Shown here: piece after piece, positions 24,728 through 36,635 of the stretch
Position numbering within the stretch: the stretch's first letter is position 1
How the letters are laid out: the number at the start of each line of letters is the position of its first letter
Origin: Mobula hypostoma
Lineage: Eukaryota
Direction: 5' to 3'
Length of the DNA: 64,000 nt
Assembly (NCBI RefSeq): GCF_963921235.1
Contig: NC_086101.1
Span: 7,008,001 to 7,072,000, forward strand
The notes under the pieces: generated by a model
What the model saw: the letters and a program-made list of their open reading frames with translations, nothing else
What the model was told of the DNA's origin: nothing
Databases searched by the model: none
Translations under genes and position numbers: made by a program

Positions 24728-26976
24728 CAATGTGGTGGTTTGATAACAACAGTGAGACTCGCGAGTCCAGCAGGGGGCAGAGCTGAGTCAATCAGACTGC
24801 GGTCACGGACAGGTCAGACACGGTGAGTGGCACGAAGGACTGGTGTATTTTTCTGACAATCCCTGTCACCACAGTGATACCAGATTTTATCCCCTTTAAT
24901 ATCATTCATTGAATGTTAATTCCAGAGCTACTGTGTTGGGATTCAAACTCATGCATTGGCGTATTTGTCCAGTGTGAATGGGATCAGGATGCAGTGGTTC
25001 ACATAACAGTGCCGTGTATTGGTTGTATGTTGCCCCTGTGTCAGTCTGTTCAGGGATTTGACATCTCCAGCTGACCATGTGACAGTGATGCTTCCCAACA
25101 GGTGGAGTTGGTGCCGGAATTATCTTCAATTCCGACAACCCAATCAGAGGCATGAGCAGGCCACAGTGACGAGGTTTCCAGCAGGTTTGCGACACTTATT
25201 TAAAAGTACAGAAGGGACAAGTGGAGCGGCCACTGTCGGGGCGACCATTGTTGGGATTAGGTCAGTGGTGAGAGTAGGAGTGTCAGGCTTTGGCTCAAAG
25301 GAGGCTTCATCGTTAAAAGAGGCATTTCTCTGGGTAAGCTTCTGTTACAGTTCCCTTTTTTTTCTCTTACTGTACCTCATGTAGTAAATGGCTGTTGTGT
25401 GTTCTTCATGCTGGATGTTGGAGTCCTGGGAGACCAGAGTCTCCCAGTGAACACCATCTGTGTGAAGTGCATCCGGTTCCAGCTCCCTGAAGACTATATT
25501 AGGGATCTGGAGCAGCAGCTGGATGACCTTCGGATTGTAGAGGAGAGTGAGGAGATAATTGATCTGAATTACTGGAAAGTAGTCACCACAAAGTTGCAGG
25601 AGGTGAGTAGCTGGGAGTCTGTCATGAGAAATGGAAATGTAAATAGGCAGTTAGCGCAGTGAAAAGAGGTCCTGGAAAGAGAACTTAGAGAGCTAGGTAG
25701 AAAGTTGAGAAGTAATTTCTCGATTGCTGCCTGTACCACGCACCAGTGAGGGTAGAAACAGGATGATTTGGCAAATTAATGCATGGCTGAGAAACTGGAG
25801 GAGGGGGCAGTGCTTCAGGTTCTTGGATCATTGGGATCTCTTCTGGGGGAGGTATAACCTGTTCAAAAGTGACAAGGTGCACCTGGACCTGAGGGGAATC
25901 AATATTCTCGCAGGCAGGTTTGTGAGAGCTGTTGGGGAGGGTTTAAACTAATTTGGCAGGGGAGTGGGAAATGGAGTGAGGGGTCTCAGGGTAGGATGGA
26001 CGGTAAAAAAGCAAAGATAGCCTGCAGTCAGACTGTCAGGAAGGGCAGGCAGATGACAGGTCATAATTGCAACCAGCAGGGTGAGTATCAGTGCATTAGG
26101 GATGAAAAATCAAAAAGGGTAGCAAATGCAGTACTCAAAGTGTTATATTTCAATGCATGGAGGATAAGAAATAAGGTGGATGATCTTGTTGCACGATTAC
26201 AGATTGCCAGGTATGATGTTGTGGCCATCACTGAATCGTGGCTGAAGGATGGTTGTAGTTGGGAGCTGAATGTCCAAGGTTACACATTACATCAGACTGA
26301 CAGGAAGGTAGGCAGAGGGGGTGGCATGTCTCTGCTGGCAAAGAATGGCATCAAATCAGTAGAAAGATCTGACATAGGAATGTAAGATGTTGAATCCTTG
26401 TGGGCTGAGTTAAGAAAATGCAAGGGTATATACAGGCCTCCCAATAGTAGCTGGGATGTGGAACACAGATTACAAGAGAATAGGAGAGAATTCAAAATGC
26501 AGAGAATCAAAGGGACTTGGGAGTCCTTGTGCAAGATACCCTAAAGGTTAACCTCCAGGTTGAGTCGGTTGTGAAGAAGGCGAATGCAATATTGGCATTC
26601 ATTTCTAGAGGTATAGAATATAAGAGCAGGGACGTGATTTTGAGGCGCTATAAGGCATTCGTGAGACCACACTTGGAATATAGTGTGCAATTTTGTGCTC
26701 CTTCTTTTAGAAAGGATATATTTAGAAAGGATTCAGAGAAGATTCAGGAGAATGATTCCAGGAATGAAAGGGTTAGCGTATTTGAAACATCTGGCAGCTC
26801 TTGGGCTGTATTCCCTGGAGTTCAGGAGAGTGAGGGAGGATCTCATAGAAACATTCTGAATGTTAAAAGGCCTGAACAGATTAGATGTGGCAAAGTTATT
26901 TCCCATGGTAGGGGTTTCTAGGACAAGAGGGCACGACTTCAGGATTGAAGGACGTCCTTTTATAACTGAGATGCGG

Positions 26977-27271
26977 GGCTGGCTGGTGGTACAATGACAT
27001 CGGTGCTGGACCCGGGAGCGGAGGTTCCCGGGTTCGAAACCAGTCGGGTCCGCTCCCGAGTACGCCTTCCATCTGTGCCATGTTGAGTGTCGAGATCGCA
27101 ACTCGACCTCGTAAAATAAAAGGAAAAATATTGTGAATATGTCTGTGTGAGGAGTGACACGCCACACAGTCTCCCTCTCGCTCCGCGCCTTGTAAAAAGC
27201 CATGAAAAAGACATCATCATGGATGCACGCACACACGCAGACGCGCATGCACGCACACGCACAGAAAAAAG
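26977..27271 (+). mobile_element. young tRNA-derived SINE with 13-bp TSD
   Basis: A-box-like TGGTGGTACAATGA, B box GGTTCGAAACC, CpG-rich, (GCAC)n and A tail; AACTGAGATGCGG at 26964-26976 and 27272-27284. Confidence 0.85.
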
Positions 27272-28948
27272 AACTGAGATGCGGAGAAATTACTTTCATG
27301 AGAAGGCGGTAAATCTGTGGAATTTCTTGCTACGAGTGGCTATGGAGGCCAAGTCATTGGGTGTGTTTAGGGCAGAGATAGATAGGTTCTTGATTAGCCA
27401 GGGCATCAAAGGGTATGGGGTGAAGGCAGGGGAGTGGGGATGACTGGAAGAATTGGATCAGCCCATGATTGAATGGCGGAGCAGACTCGATGGCCCAAAT
27501 GGCCTACTTCTGCTCCTTTATCTTATAGTCTAATATGGAAAAGGCATGTCAGAAGGGCAATGTTATGATCGTCATGGGAGATTTTAATATGCAGGTCCAT
27601 TGGGAAAATCAGATTGGAAATGGATCTCAAGAGAGGGAGTTTGTTCAATGCTTAAGAGGTGGCTTTTTAGAGCAGTTTGTCGTTGAGCCTACTAGGGGAT
27701 CAGCTCTACTGGATTTGGTGTTATGTAATGAACCGGAAGCGATTACTGAGCAGGCAGTGATTACAAAATGATTGAGTTCAACTTGTAATTTGATAGGGAG
27801 AAAGTAAAGTCCGACATAGAAGTATTACAGTGGAGTAAAGGAAATTACAGTGGTATGAGAAATCTGTTGACCAAAGTAATTTGGAAGGATTTGGTGGCAG
27901 GGATGACAGCAGAGCAGCAATGGAGTGAGTTTCTGGGAAAAATGAAAAGTGCAGGATGGATGTATTTCAAAAACAAAGAAATACTCAAATGGTAAAATAG
28001 AACAAGGGAATCAAAACTAATGTAAAACCAAAAGAGAGGGCATACAACAAAGCAAAAAGAGTGGGAAAAGATAACTGAGAAGCTTTTAAAACCCTGCAGA
28101 GAGCAACTGAAAGAATCATTAGGAGGGAAAAGATGAAATATGAAAGCAAGCCAGCAAACAATATCAAATTGGACAGTAAAAGCTATTTCAAGTATGTAAA
28201 AATAATAGAGAATGGATGTAGGATTGCTAGAAAATGATGCCGGAGAAGTAATAACGGGGGACAAGGAGGTGGCAGAAGAACTAAGTGAGTGCAGTTAATT
28301 TTACAAGGTAGAAGGTGCCCACAAAGCTGAAAGACCTAAGGGTACATAAATGACCCAGACCAGATGAACTGCACACTTGGGGTCTGCAAGAGGTAGTGGT
28401 ACAGATTGTGGAGCCATTAGTAATGGACTTTCAAAAATCATTTGACTCTGCTATGGTCCCAGATGACTGGAATATTGCAAAAGTCACTCCACTCTTTAAG
28501 AAAGGAGGAAGGCAGCAGAAAGGGAATTATGACCAGTTAGCCTGACTTCAGTGCCTTGGAAGATGTTGCAGTCAATTGTTAAGGATGAGGTGATGGAGTA
28601 CTTGGTGACGCAGGACAAGATGGGACAAATGCAGCATGGTTCCTTAAGGAAAAATCTTGACCGACAAACCTGTTGGAATTCATTGAGGAGATTCCGCATA
28701 GGATAGATAAAGGGGATGTTGTATATATGGATTTTCAGCAGGCCTTTGACAAGTTGCCAGATGAAGCTACTTACCAAGTTAAGAGCCCATGGTATTACAG
28801 GAAAGTTACTGGCATGTTTAGAGCATTGGCTGATTGGTAGGAGGGCGCGAGTGGGAATAAAATTATCACATCCTAGTTGGTTGCCTGTTGGTGTTCACAG
28901 GGGTCGGTGTTGGGACCACTTCCACTTATGCTGTGTATAAATGACTTA

Positions 28949-29161
28949 CGAGGGGTGATTGATAAGTTCATGGCCTAACATAGAAGGAGATGGGTTATAC
29001 AGCTCTCGTTACATTCACGTGCAGTTCAACTCTTTGAGTGATTATGCAGAAAGTTTGAAGTTAATAACTTTTGTGGTATTTCTGTTTCAGATAATTGAAA
29101 ATTGCAAGTAAGCACTGTCTGAGAAAATGGACCTTACGCCACGAAATTATCAACACCCTCG
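28949..29161. mobile_element. Tc1/mariner-derived MITE (213 bp), TA TSD
   Basis: TA|CGAGGGGTGATTGATAAGTTCATGGCC...GCCACGAAATTATCAACACCCTCG|TA; removal restores CR1 RT ..NDL|DDGMDG. Confidence 0.85.
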
Positions 29162-29997
29162 TAGATGATGGGATGGATGGCTTTTTTGCTATGTTTTCAG
29201 CTGATGGTGGAAGGGCAGGTCGTGTTGAGGAAACAGATAGGCTGCAGAAGGACTTAGGCAGATGAGGAGTATGGGCAAGAAAGTGGCAAATGAAACACCA
29301 TGTTGGAAAATGATGCTCATGCACTTTGGTAGTAGAAATAAATCTGCAGACTATATTCTAAGTGGGGAGAAAATCCAAAAATCTGAGATGCAAAGGGACT
29401 TGGGTGTCCTTGTGCAGAACACCCTAAATGGTTATCATACGAGGAACGTTTGACATTTCTGTACTCACTGGCATTTAGAAGGATGAGGGGGATGTCACTA
29501 AAACCTTTCGAATGCTGAAATGCCTAGACAGAGTAGATTTAGAAAGGATGTTCCCCATGGTGGGGAATCTAGGGCAAGAGGGCACAGCCTCAGGATAGAG
29601 GGAGATCCATTTAAACAGAGATGCGGAGAAATTTCTTTAGCCAGAGGGTGGTGAATTTAATGAATTTATTACCACAGGCAGCAGTGGAGGCCAGGTCATT
29701 GGGTGTACTTAAAGCAGAGCTCGACAGATTCTTGATTGGACATGGACATGGGCATTGGACATTGGACGTGGCATCAAAGGTTACAGGAAGAAGGCCGGGG
29801 AGAGGGGCTGAGGAGGGGAAGAAAGGATCAGCCATGATTAAATGGCACAGCAAACTCAATGGGCCAAAGAGACTAATTCTGCTCCGATGTCTTATTGTCT
29901 ATAGTTTCCCATCAGCCTATAATTACAGCCATATTTTGTGTCTAATTATAACTTAGTTGTATCTCATAAACAAGAACAAATGAATCTTATGTTTTAC

Positions 29998-30116
29998 CTT
30001 GTTTAATGCTGTCAATCACTTCTTCCGACACTATGTCAAGCAAATAGGGGTGATCGAATTTTTCAACCAGTAGGGCACCACCTCTCACTGACAATGCCCG
30101 GCTATTGTCACTGATC
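29998..30116 (-). CDS. TRIM gene exon 5 (linker, 119 nt)
   Basis: tttttacag|GATCAGT...AAACAAG|gtaaaa; (R)ISDNSRALSVRGGALLVEKFDHPYLLDIVSEEVIDSIKQ; phase compatible with exons 4 and 6. Confidence 0.88.
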
Positions 30117-30210
30117 CTGTAAAAATTATACAGATGCTTATAAACTAAGCATCAGTAATATTTGAACTATTTTATAAATTCAGAGTGTTTCATTAAAGAC
30201 CATGTCCTAC

Positions 30211-30233
30211 CTTCTCTTCCGACGAGCTTCCTC
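30211..30233 (-). CDS. TRIM gene exon 4 (23-nt micro-exon)
   Basis: tttcag|GAGGAAGCTCGTCGGAAGAGAAG|gtagga; EEARRKR(R); a 23-nt exon is characteristic of B30.2 TRIMs. Confidence 0.88.
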
Positions 30234-30960
30234 CTGAAATAAATAAAACACAGATCTCAATTGATTGAGATGGACCATCGGCATCCCGACAGCAGGAATC
30301 TGAGCCAAGTTACTACAAGCTGCTGAAAATTCCCACTAAACTCATTCCCACTGACACGAATGGAAAAAGAGGGTCATTGAACCATGGGGGAAAGTACAAG
30401 GAATGTTTATGAGAATTATACCATAACTGAGAGAAGGAACTTACATGGTTGTGTATTTTTATCTGGATATGATGTCAGGGAGGATCAAAGGGAGGAATTT
30501 AAGATTCTGAATGGATTTGATAGAAAATATTTCTGCTTGGGCAGAGACAAAAAGTCAAAGATAAAACATCAGTTAGTCGTTAATAAATTCCACAAGAAAC
30601 GTGGTGAAGAGAACGTGGAACTCACTGCCACAGGAGTGGTTGGAGTGGAACAGCAGAGTTTAAATATAATAAGGAAGCTGCATAGACACATGACGGACCA
30701 TGGAGTTGGGGTCACTGTTACTGGGTGTGGTGAGTAGGTGGGAGGAGGCTTGTGAAGCAGGGAAGCTGATAGGAGAGAATGGACTGAAAGACCTGTCTAT
30801 GATGGAAAATGGGATAGAATCTGATGAAGAATATTTCTGAAAAACAAAAGACAGTGCAAAATTCTCCAAAACACCAAACCTGATACAAACCAGATATAGA
30901 TGGTAAATCTCACAACACGCTGGGGGAACTCAGCAGGTTGGGCAGCATCCGTGAAAACGA

Positions 30961-31000
30961 TCAGTCAACGTTTCGGGCCGGAACCCTTCGTCAGGACTGA
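30961..31000 (-). ncRNA. minimal type-I hammerhead ribozyme, intact core
   Basis: TCAGTC-CTGACGA-A-GGG(TTCCGG)CCC-GAAA-CG-TT-GACTGA: 6-bp helix I, 3-bp helix II, palindromic ACGT helix III, GUU triplet. Confidence 0.8.
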
Positions 31001-31324
31001 AGAGGGAAGGGGCAGAGGCCCCATAAAGAACGTGGGGGGAGGGTGGGAAGGAGAAGGCTGGTAGGTTCCAGGTGAAAAACCAGTAAGAGGAAAGATAAAG
31101 GGGTGGGGAGGTGGAGCAGGGAGGGGATAAGCAGGAAAGGTGAAGAAAGAATAGGGGAAAAGACAATGGGTAGTAGAAGGAGGCAGAACTACGAGGGAGG
31201 TGATAGGTGGCTGGGGGAGGGGGCAGAGTGAAACTGGGATGGGGGGGTGGGAGGAGGAGGGAATTACCGGAAGTTGGAGAATTCAATGTTCATACCGAGG
31301 GGCTGGAGACCACTCCTTCCCTCT

Positions 31325-31364
31325 TCAGTCCTGACGAAAGGTTCCGGCCCGAAACGTCGACCGA
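31325..31364 (+). ncRNA. minimal type-I hammerhead ribozyme, intact core
   Basis: TCAGTC-CTGACGA-A-AGG(TTCCGG)CCC-GAAA-CG-TC-GACCGA; GUC triplet; one mismatch each in helix I and helix II. Confidence 0.75.
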
Positions 31365-31544
31365 TCTTTTCCATGGATGCTGCCCGACCTGCTGAGTTCC
31401 TCCAGCGTGTTGTGAGTGTTGTTTTGGCCCCAGCATCTGCAGAGTATTTTGTGTTTAGATGGTAAATCTGATGTGAGGGTCACATGTTGGAATTCAACCT
31501 CAGTTCCCACTGATGAACAGTGGTTAATGGTGGTAAATAACAGT

Positions 31545-34500
31545 GGTTATTTCTTCAGCGGTTTGAATGGGACATGACTGTGCAAACCTGTGTAGGTCGG
31601 CCAGTGAGAACAGCAGGAAGAGTTTAAAAGCGAGCAGAGTTGAAAAGGTGACGGTTATCTCTTCAGTGGTTTCAATGGGGCACGACTGTGCAAACATGTG
31701 GGGGTCGGCCAGTGAGAACAGCGGGAAGAGTTTAAAAGGAAGACATATTTACAGAGCGGGTGACGGAGTAGTGGGAGACAGAGTGGGAAGGCTTTGGCTC
31801 AACGGGGCTTCGGCAATAAAGGGTTGTAGTTATCTGTTTAAAATAAGGACAGAAAGTATGTGTGTGATGCGGTTTTCTGTGCTCGGTGTCAGATGTGGGA
31901 GGTCCTGGAGACTCCAGGCCTCCCAGACGGCCACATCTGCTTCAGGTGGGTTGAGCATCAGCTCCTTAGGGACCGCGTCAGGGAACTGGAGCTGCAGCTC
32001 GATGACCTCCGCCTGGTGAGGCAGAGTGAGGAGGTGATAGAGAGACGCTATAGGCAGGTAGTCACCCCGGGACCACAGGAGACAGAGAAGTGGGTCACAA
32101 CACGCCAGAGGAACTCAGCAGGTCGGGGATCATCCGTGGAAAAGATCGGTCGACGTTTCGGGCCGGAACCCTTCGCCAGGACTCGGCCCGAAACGTCGAC
32201 TGATCTTTTCCACGGATGCTGCCCGACCTGCTGAGATCCTCCAGCGTGTTGTGAGTGTTGCTTTGACCCCAGCATCTGCAGATTATTTTGTGCTTACAGA
32301 GAAGTGGGTAACAGTCAGGAAATGCAAGGGCAAGAAGCAGGTACTAGAGAGTGCTCCAGTGGCTGTCCCCCTCAACAATAAGTACTCCTGCTTGAGTAAT
32401 GTTGGGGGAGGCAGCCTACCTGGGGGAAGCAACAGTGGTCGTGTCACTGGCACGGAGTCTGGCCCTGTGGCTCAGAAGGGTAGGAAAAGGAAGAGGATGG
32501 CAGCAGTGATAGGGGACTCTGTAGTTAGAGGGTCAGACAGGCGATTCTGTGGACGCAGGAAAGAAATGCGGATGGTAGTTTGCCTCTCAGGTGCCAGGGT
32601 CTGGTCGCGTCCATAATATCCTGAAGTGGGAAGGAGAACAGCCAGAGGCTGTGGTACAGATTGGTACCAACGACATAGGTAGGAAAAGGGAGGAGGTCCT
32701 GAAAACAGACTATAGGGAGTAAGGAAAGAAGTTGAGAAACAGGACCTCAAAGGTAGTAATCTCGGGATTACTGCCTGTGCCACGTGACAGTGAGTATAGG
32801 AATAGAATGAGGTGGAGGATAAATGTGCGGTTGATGGATTGGAGCATGGGGCAGGATTTAAGATTTCTGGATCATTGGGACCTCTTTGGGGGCAGGTGTG
32901 ACCTGTACAAAACGGACAGGTTGCACTTGAATCCCAGGGGGACCAATATCCTGGCGGAAGGTTTGCTAAGGCTATGGGGGAGAGTTTAAACTAGGATTGC
33001 TGGGGGGTGGGCACCGAACTGAAGTGACGGAGGAAAGGGAGGTTGGCTCAGAAACAGAGAAAGCTTGGAGACAGTGCGAAAGCGAGGAGAGGCAGGTGAT
33101 AGAGAAGGGATGCGCTCAGTCCAATGGTTTGAGATGTGTCTATTTTAATGCGAGGAGTAGCATGGATAAAGCAGATGAACTTAGAGCGTGGATCAGCACT
33201 TGAAGCAATGATGTTGTGTCCGTTACAGAGACTTGGATTGTGCAAGGGCAGGAATGGCTACTTCAAGTGCCAGGCTTTAGATGTTTCAGAAAGGATAGAG
33301 AGGGCGGCAAAAGAGGTGGGACCATGGCACTGTTGATCAAGGATATTGTCACGGCTGCAGAAAAGGAGGAAGTCATGGAGGGGTTGTCTACGGAATCCCT
33401 GTTAGTGGAAGTTAGGAAAAGCAAGGGATCATTAACTCTACTGGGTGTTTTTTATAGACCACCCAATAGTAACAGAGACAACGAGGAGCAGATAGGGAAA
33501 GGAGTAATAATAACAGGATTGTCGTGGTGGGAGATTTTAATTTCCCAAATATTCATTGGCATCTCCCTAGAGTGAGGGTTTAGATGGGGTAGAATTTGTT
33601 AGGTGTGTTCCGGAATCTTTCTTGACGCAATATGTAGATAAGCCTACAAGAGGAGATGCTGTACTTGATCTGGTATTGGGAAATGAACTTGGTCAGATGT
33701 CAGGTCTCTTGGTGGGAGAGCACTTTGGAGATAGATATCACAATTCTATCTTCTTTACCATCGTATTGGAGAGGGATAGGAACAGACAAGTTAGGGAAAC
33801 GTTTAATTGGAGTAAATTGGAGTAAGGGGAAATATGAGGCTATCAAGCATGAACTTGGAAGCATAAGTTGCAAACAGATGTTCTCAGGGAAACATTTGGA
33901 AGAAATGTGGCAAATGTTCAGGGGATATTTGCGTAGGGTTCTGTGTAGGTACATTCCGATGAGGCATGGAAAGAATGGTGGGGTACAAGATCCATGATGT
34001 ACAAAGGCTGTTGTAAATGTAGTCAAGGAGAAAAGAAGAGCTTATGAAAGGTTCAAAAAACTAGGTAATGATTGGAACCTAGAAGATTATAAGGCTAGCA
34101 GGATGGAGTTTAAGAATGAAATTAGGAGAGCAAGAAGGGGCCATCAGAAGGCATTGCCAGACAGGATTAAGGAAAACCCCAAGATATTCTACAAGTATGT
34201 GAAGAGCAAGACAATAAGGTGTGAGAGAATAGGACCAATCAAGTGTGAGAGTGGAAAAGTGTGTATGGAACCAGAGGAGATAGCAGAAGTACTTTATGAA
34301 TACTTTGCTTCAGTGTTCACTGTGGAAAAGGATCTTGGCGATTGTAGGGATGGCTTGCAGTGGACTAAAAAGCTTGAGAATGTAGATATTAAGGAAGAGG
34401 ATGTGCTGGAGTTTTGGAAAGCAACAAGTTGGATAAGTCACCAGGACTGGATGGGATGTATCCCAGGCTGTTGTGGGAAGTGCGGGAGGAGATTGCTGAG

Positions 34501-35985
34501 CCTCTGGCAATGATCTTTGTATCATAAATGAGGACGGGAGAGGTTCCGTAGGATTGGAGGGTTGCGGATGCTGTTCCTTTATTCAAGAAAGGAAGTAGGG
34601 AGAGCCCAGGAAATTATAGGCCAGTGAGTCTCACTTCAGTGGTTGGTAAGTTGATGGAGAAGATCCTAAGAGGCAGGATTTATGAACATCTGGAGATGCC
34701 TGACATGATTAGGAATAGCCAGCATGGCTTTGTCAAAGGCAGGTCGTGCCTTACGAGCCTGATTGAATTGTTTGATGATGTGACTAAACATATTTATGAA
34801 GGTAGAGCCATAGATGTAGTGTTTTTGGATTTTAGCAAAGCATTTGCTAAGGTACCCCATGCAAGGCTTATAGAGGAAGTAAGGAGGAATGGGATCCAAG
34901 GGGACATTGCTTTCTGGATCCAGAACTGGCTTGCCCACAGAAGGCAAAGAGTGGTTGTAGACGGGTCATATTCTGCATGGAGGCTGGTGACAAGCGGTGT
35001 GCCTCAGGGATCTGTTCTGGGACCCCTACTCTTCGTGATTTTTATAAATGACCTGGTTGAGGAACTGGAGGGATGGGTTAGTTAATTTGCTGATGACACA
35101 AAGGTTGGGGTTGTTGTGGATAGTGTGGAGGGGCGTTGTGGATAGTGTGGTGGGCTGTGAGAGGTTACAACAGGACATTGATAGGATGCAAAACTGGGCT
35201 GAGAAGTGGCAGATGGAGTTCAACCCAGATAAGTGTGATATGGTTCATTTTGGTAGGTCAAATATGATGGCAGAATATAGCATTAATGGTAAGACTCTTG
35301 GCAGTGTGGAGGATCAGAGGGATCTTGGGGTCCAGATCCATAGGACACTCAAAGCTGCTACACAGATTGACTCTGTGATTAAGAAGGCATACGGAGCATT
35401 GGCCTTCATGAAAATTAAGTTTAAGAGCCAAGAGGTAATGTTGCAGCTATATTAGACCCTGGTCAGACCCCACTTGGTCACCTGACTACAGGAAAGACAT
35501 GGAAAGCATAGAAAGGGTGCAGAGGAGATTTACAAGGATGTTGCCTGGATTGGGGAGCATGCCTTATGAGTATAGGTGAGTGAACTCAGCCTTTTCTCCC
35601 TGGAGTGACAGAGGATGAGAGGTGACCTGATAGAGGTGTACAAGATAATGAGAGGCACTGATCGTGTGGACAGTCAGAGTCTTTTCCACAGGGCTGAAAT
35701 GGTTAGCATGAGAGGGCATAGTTTTAAGGTGATTGGAAGTAGGTACAGAGGAGATGACAGAGGTAAGTTTTTTTATACAGAGTGGTGAGTGCGTGGAATG
35801 GACTGCTGGCAGCGGTGGTGGAGGTGGAAACGATAGGGTCTTTTAAGAGACTGCTGGATGGCTACATGGAGCTTTGAAAAATAGAGGGCTGTGGGTAAAG
35901 CCTAGGTAGTTCTAAGGTAGGGACATGTTCAGCACAGTTTTGGGGGCTGAAGGGCCTGTATTGTGGTGTATGTTTTTCTATGTTT
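31545..35985 (+). mobile_element. near full-length degraded CR1 LINE (5'UTR, ORF1, EN, RT, 3' end)
   Basis: ORF1 C..CQMWEV..HIC and VIGDSVVRG (SGNH-like); [40 protein letters not shown]; tail TTTTTCTATGTTTCTA; multiple stops and frameshifts. Confidence 0.9.
32096..32295. mobile_element. 200-bp Penelope-derived hairpin element, 14-bp TSD
   Basis: ACAGAGAAGTGGGT at 32082-32095 and 32296-32309; minus-strand hammerhead (A6>G) at about 32146-32183 abutting a plus-strand hammerhead 3' half. Confidence 0.88.
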
Positions 35986-36320
35986 CTAACAGAGAGACCC
36001 TCACACCAGACACACTCACAGTCTGTGTCTGTCATGGGATGTTATTCTGTGTCTCGGGATATTATACATGGGGAATCACAGAACCGATCACTGGCTCAGG
36101 GCTACGATCAGAGTGAACTCTCCCCAGAAGGTTGCAGCCCATCCTGTGATGTACAGATGTTATGGGAGGCTGGTTTGGGAACAACAACAATTCGGAACAG
36201 TCAAAACATCTGTCTGGTTTAAATCAGTTTACAACTACAATATTTGTAAATCCCACACTGAGTTAAAATACATCATTTTGTGACTGTGCAGTCTTACAGA
36301 AACAAACTGAAATCTCTCAC

Positions 36321-36554
36321 CATGAGGAATATGATATTGTCTTGTTGATCCATCTGTTCCTGTAACTTTGAGATTTCTTCCTGGATGGAATTTAAATTCT
36401 CTTGAATTACTTGAAGATTTTTCTCCATTGGATTTAGAATCCTCTCCTCTTCTTCCCTGAGATCTCGGAGCGCGTGCTGCTCTTTCTCGGTGATAATCCG
36501 GCGCGGTTCAGCAAACTGGGATGTGATGTGAGACTGAACGCTTTGTGACTGTTC
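36321..36554 (-). CDS. TRIM gene exon 3 (coiled coil, 234 nt)
   Basis: tgacag|GAACAG...CTCATG|gtgaga; EQSQSVQSHITSQFAEPRRIITEKEQHALRDLREEEERILNPMEKNLQVIQENLNSIQEEISKLQEQMDQQDNIIFLM, open frame. Confidence 0.92.
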
Positions 36555-36635
36555 CTGTCAAATGAAAGGAGAGTCTAGTTTATTATTTGGCCCTGATGTA
36601 TTTCCTTATGATATGGAAGGTCTATCCAGCCCATT

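Larger units (their letters stand above)
25200..29900 (+). mobile_element. series of degraded CR1 segments (ORF1, EN, RT, 3' ends)
   Basis: ORF1 C..C motifs, YDVVAITESWL, VMGDFN, RT and 3' motifs; hosts the SINE and the MITE listed below. Confidence 0.8.
30911..31455. mobile_element. non-coding Penelope-derived fold-back element with two inverted hammerheads, 14-bp TSD
   Basis: TAGATGGTAAATCT at 30897-30910 and 31456-31469; inverted arms about 30911-31020 and 31310-31413. Confidence 0.88.

Noticed and set aside
26977..27050. tRNA gene
   Set aside because: A and B boxes are present but there is no complete cloverleaf; it is the head of a TSD-flanked SINE.
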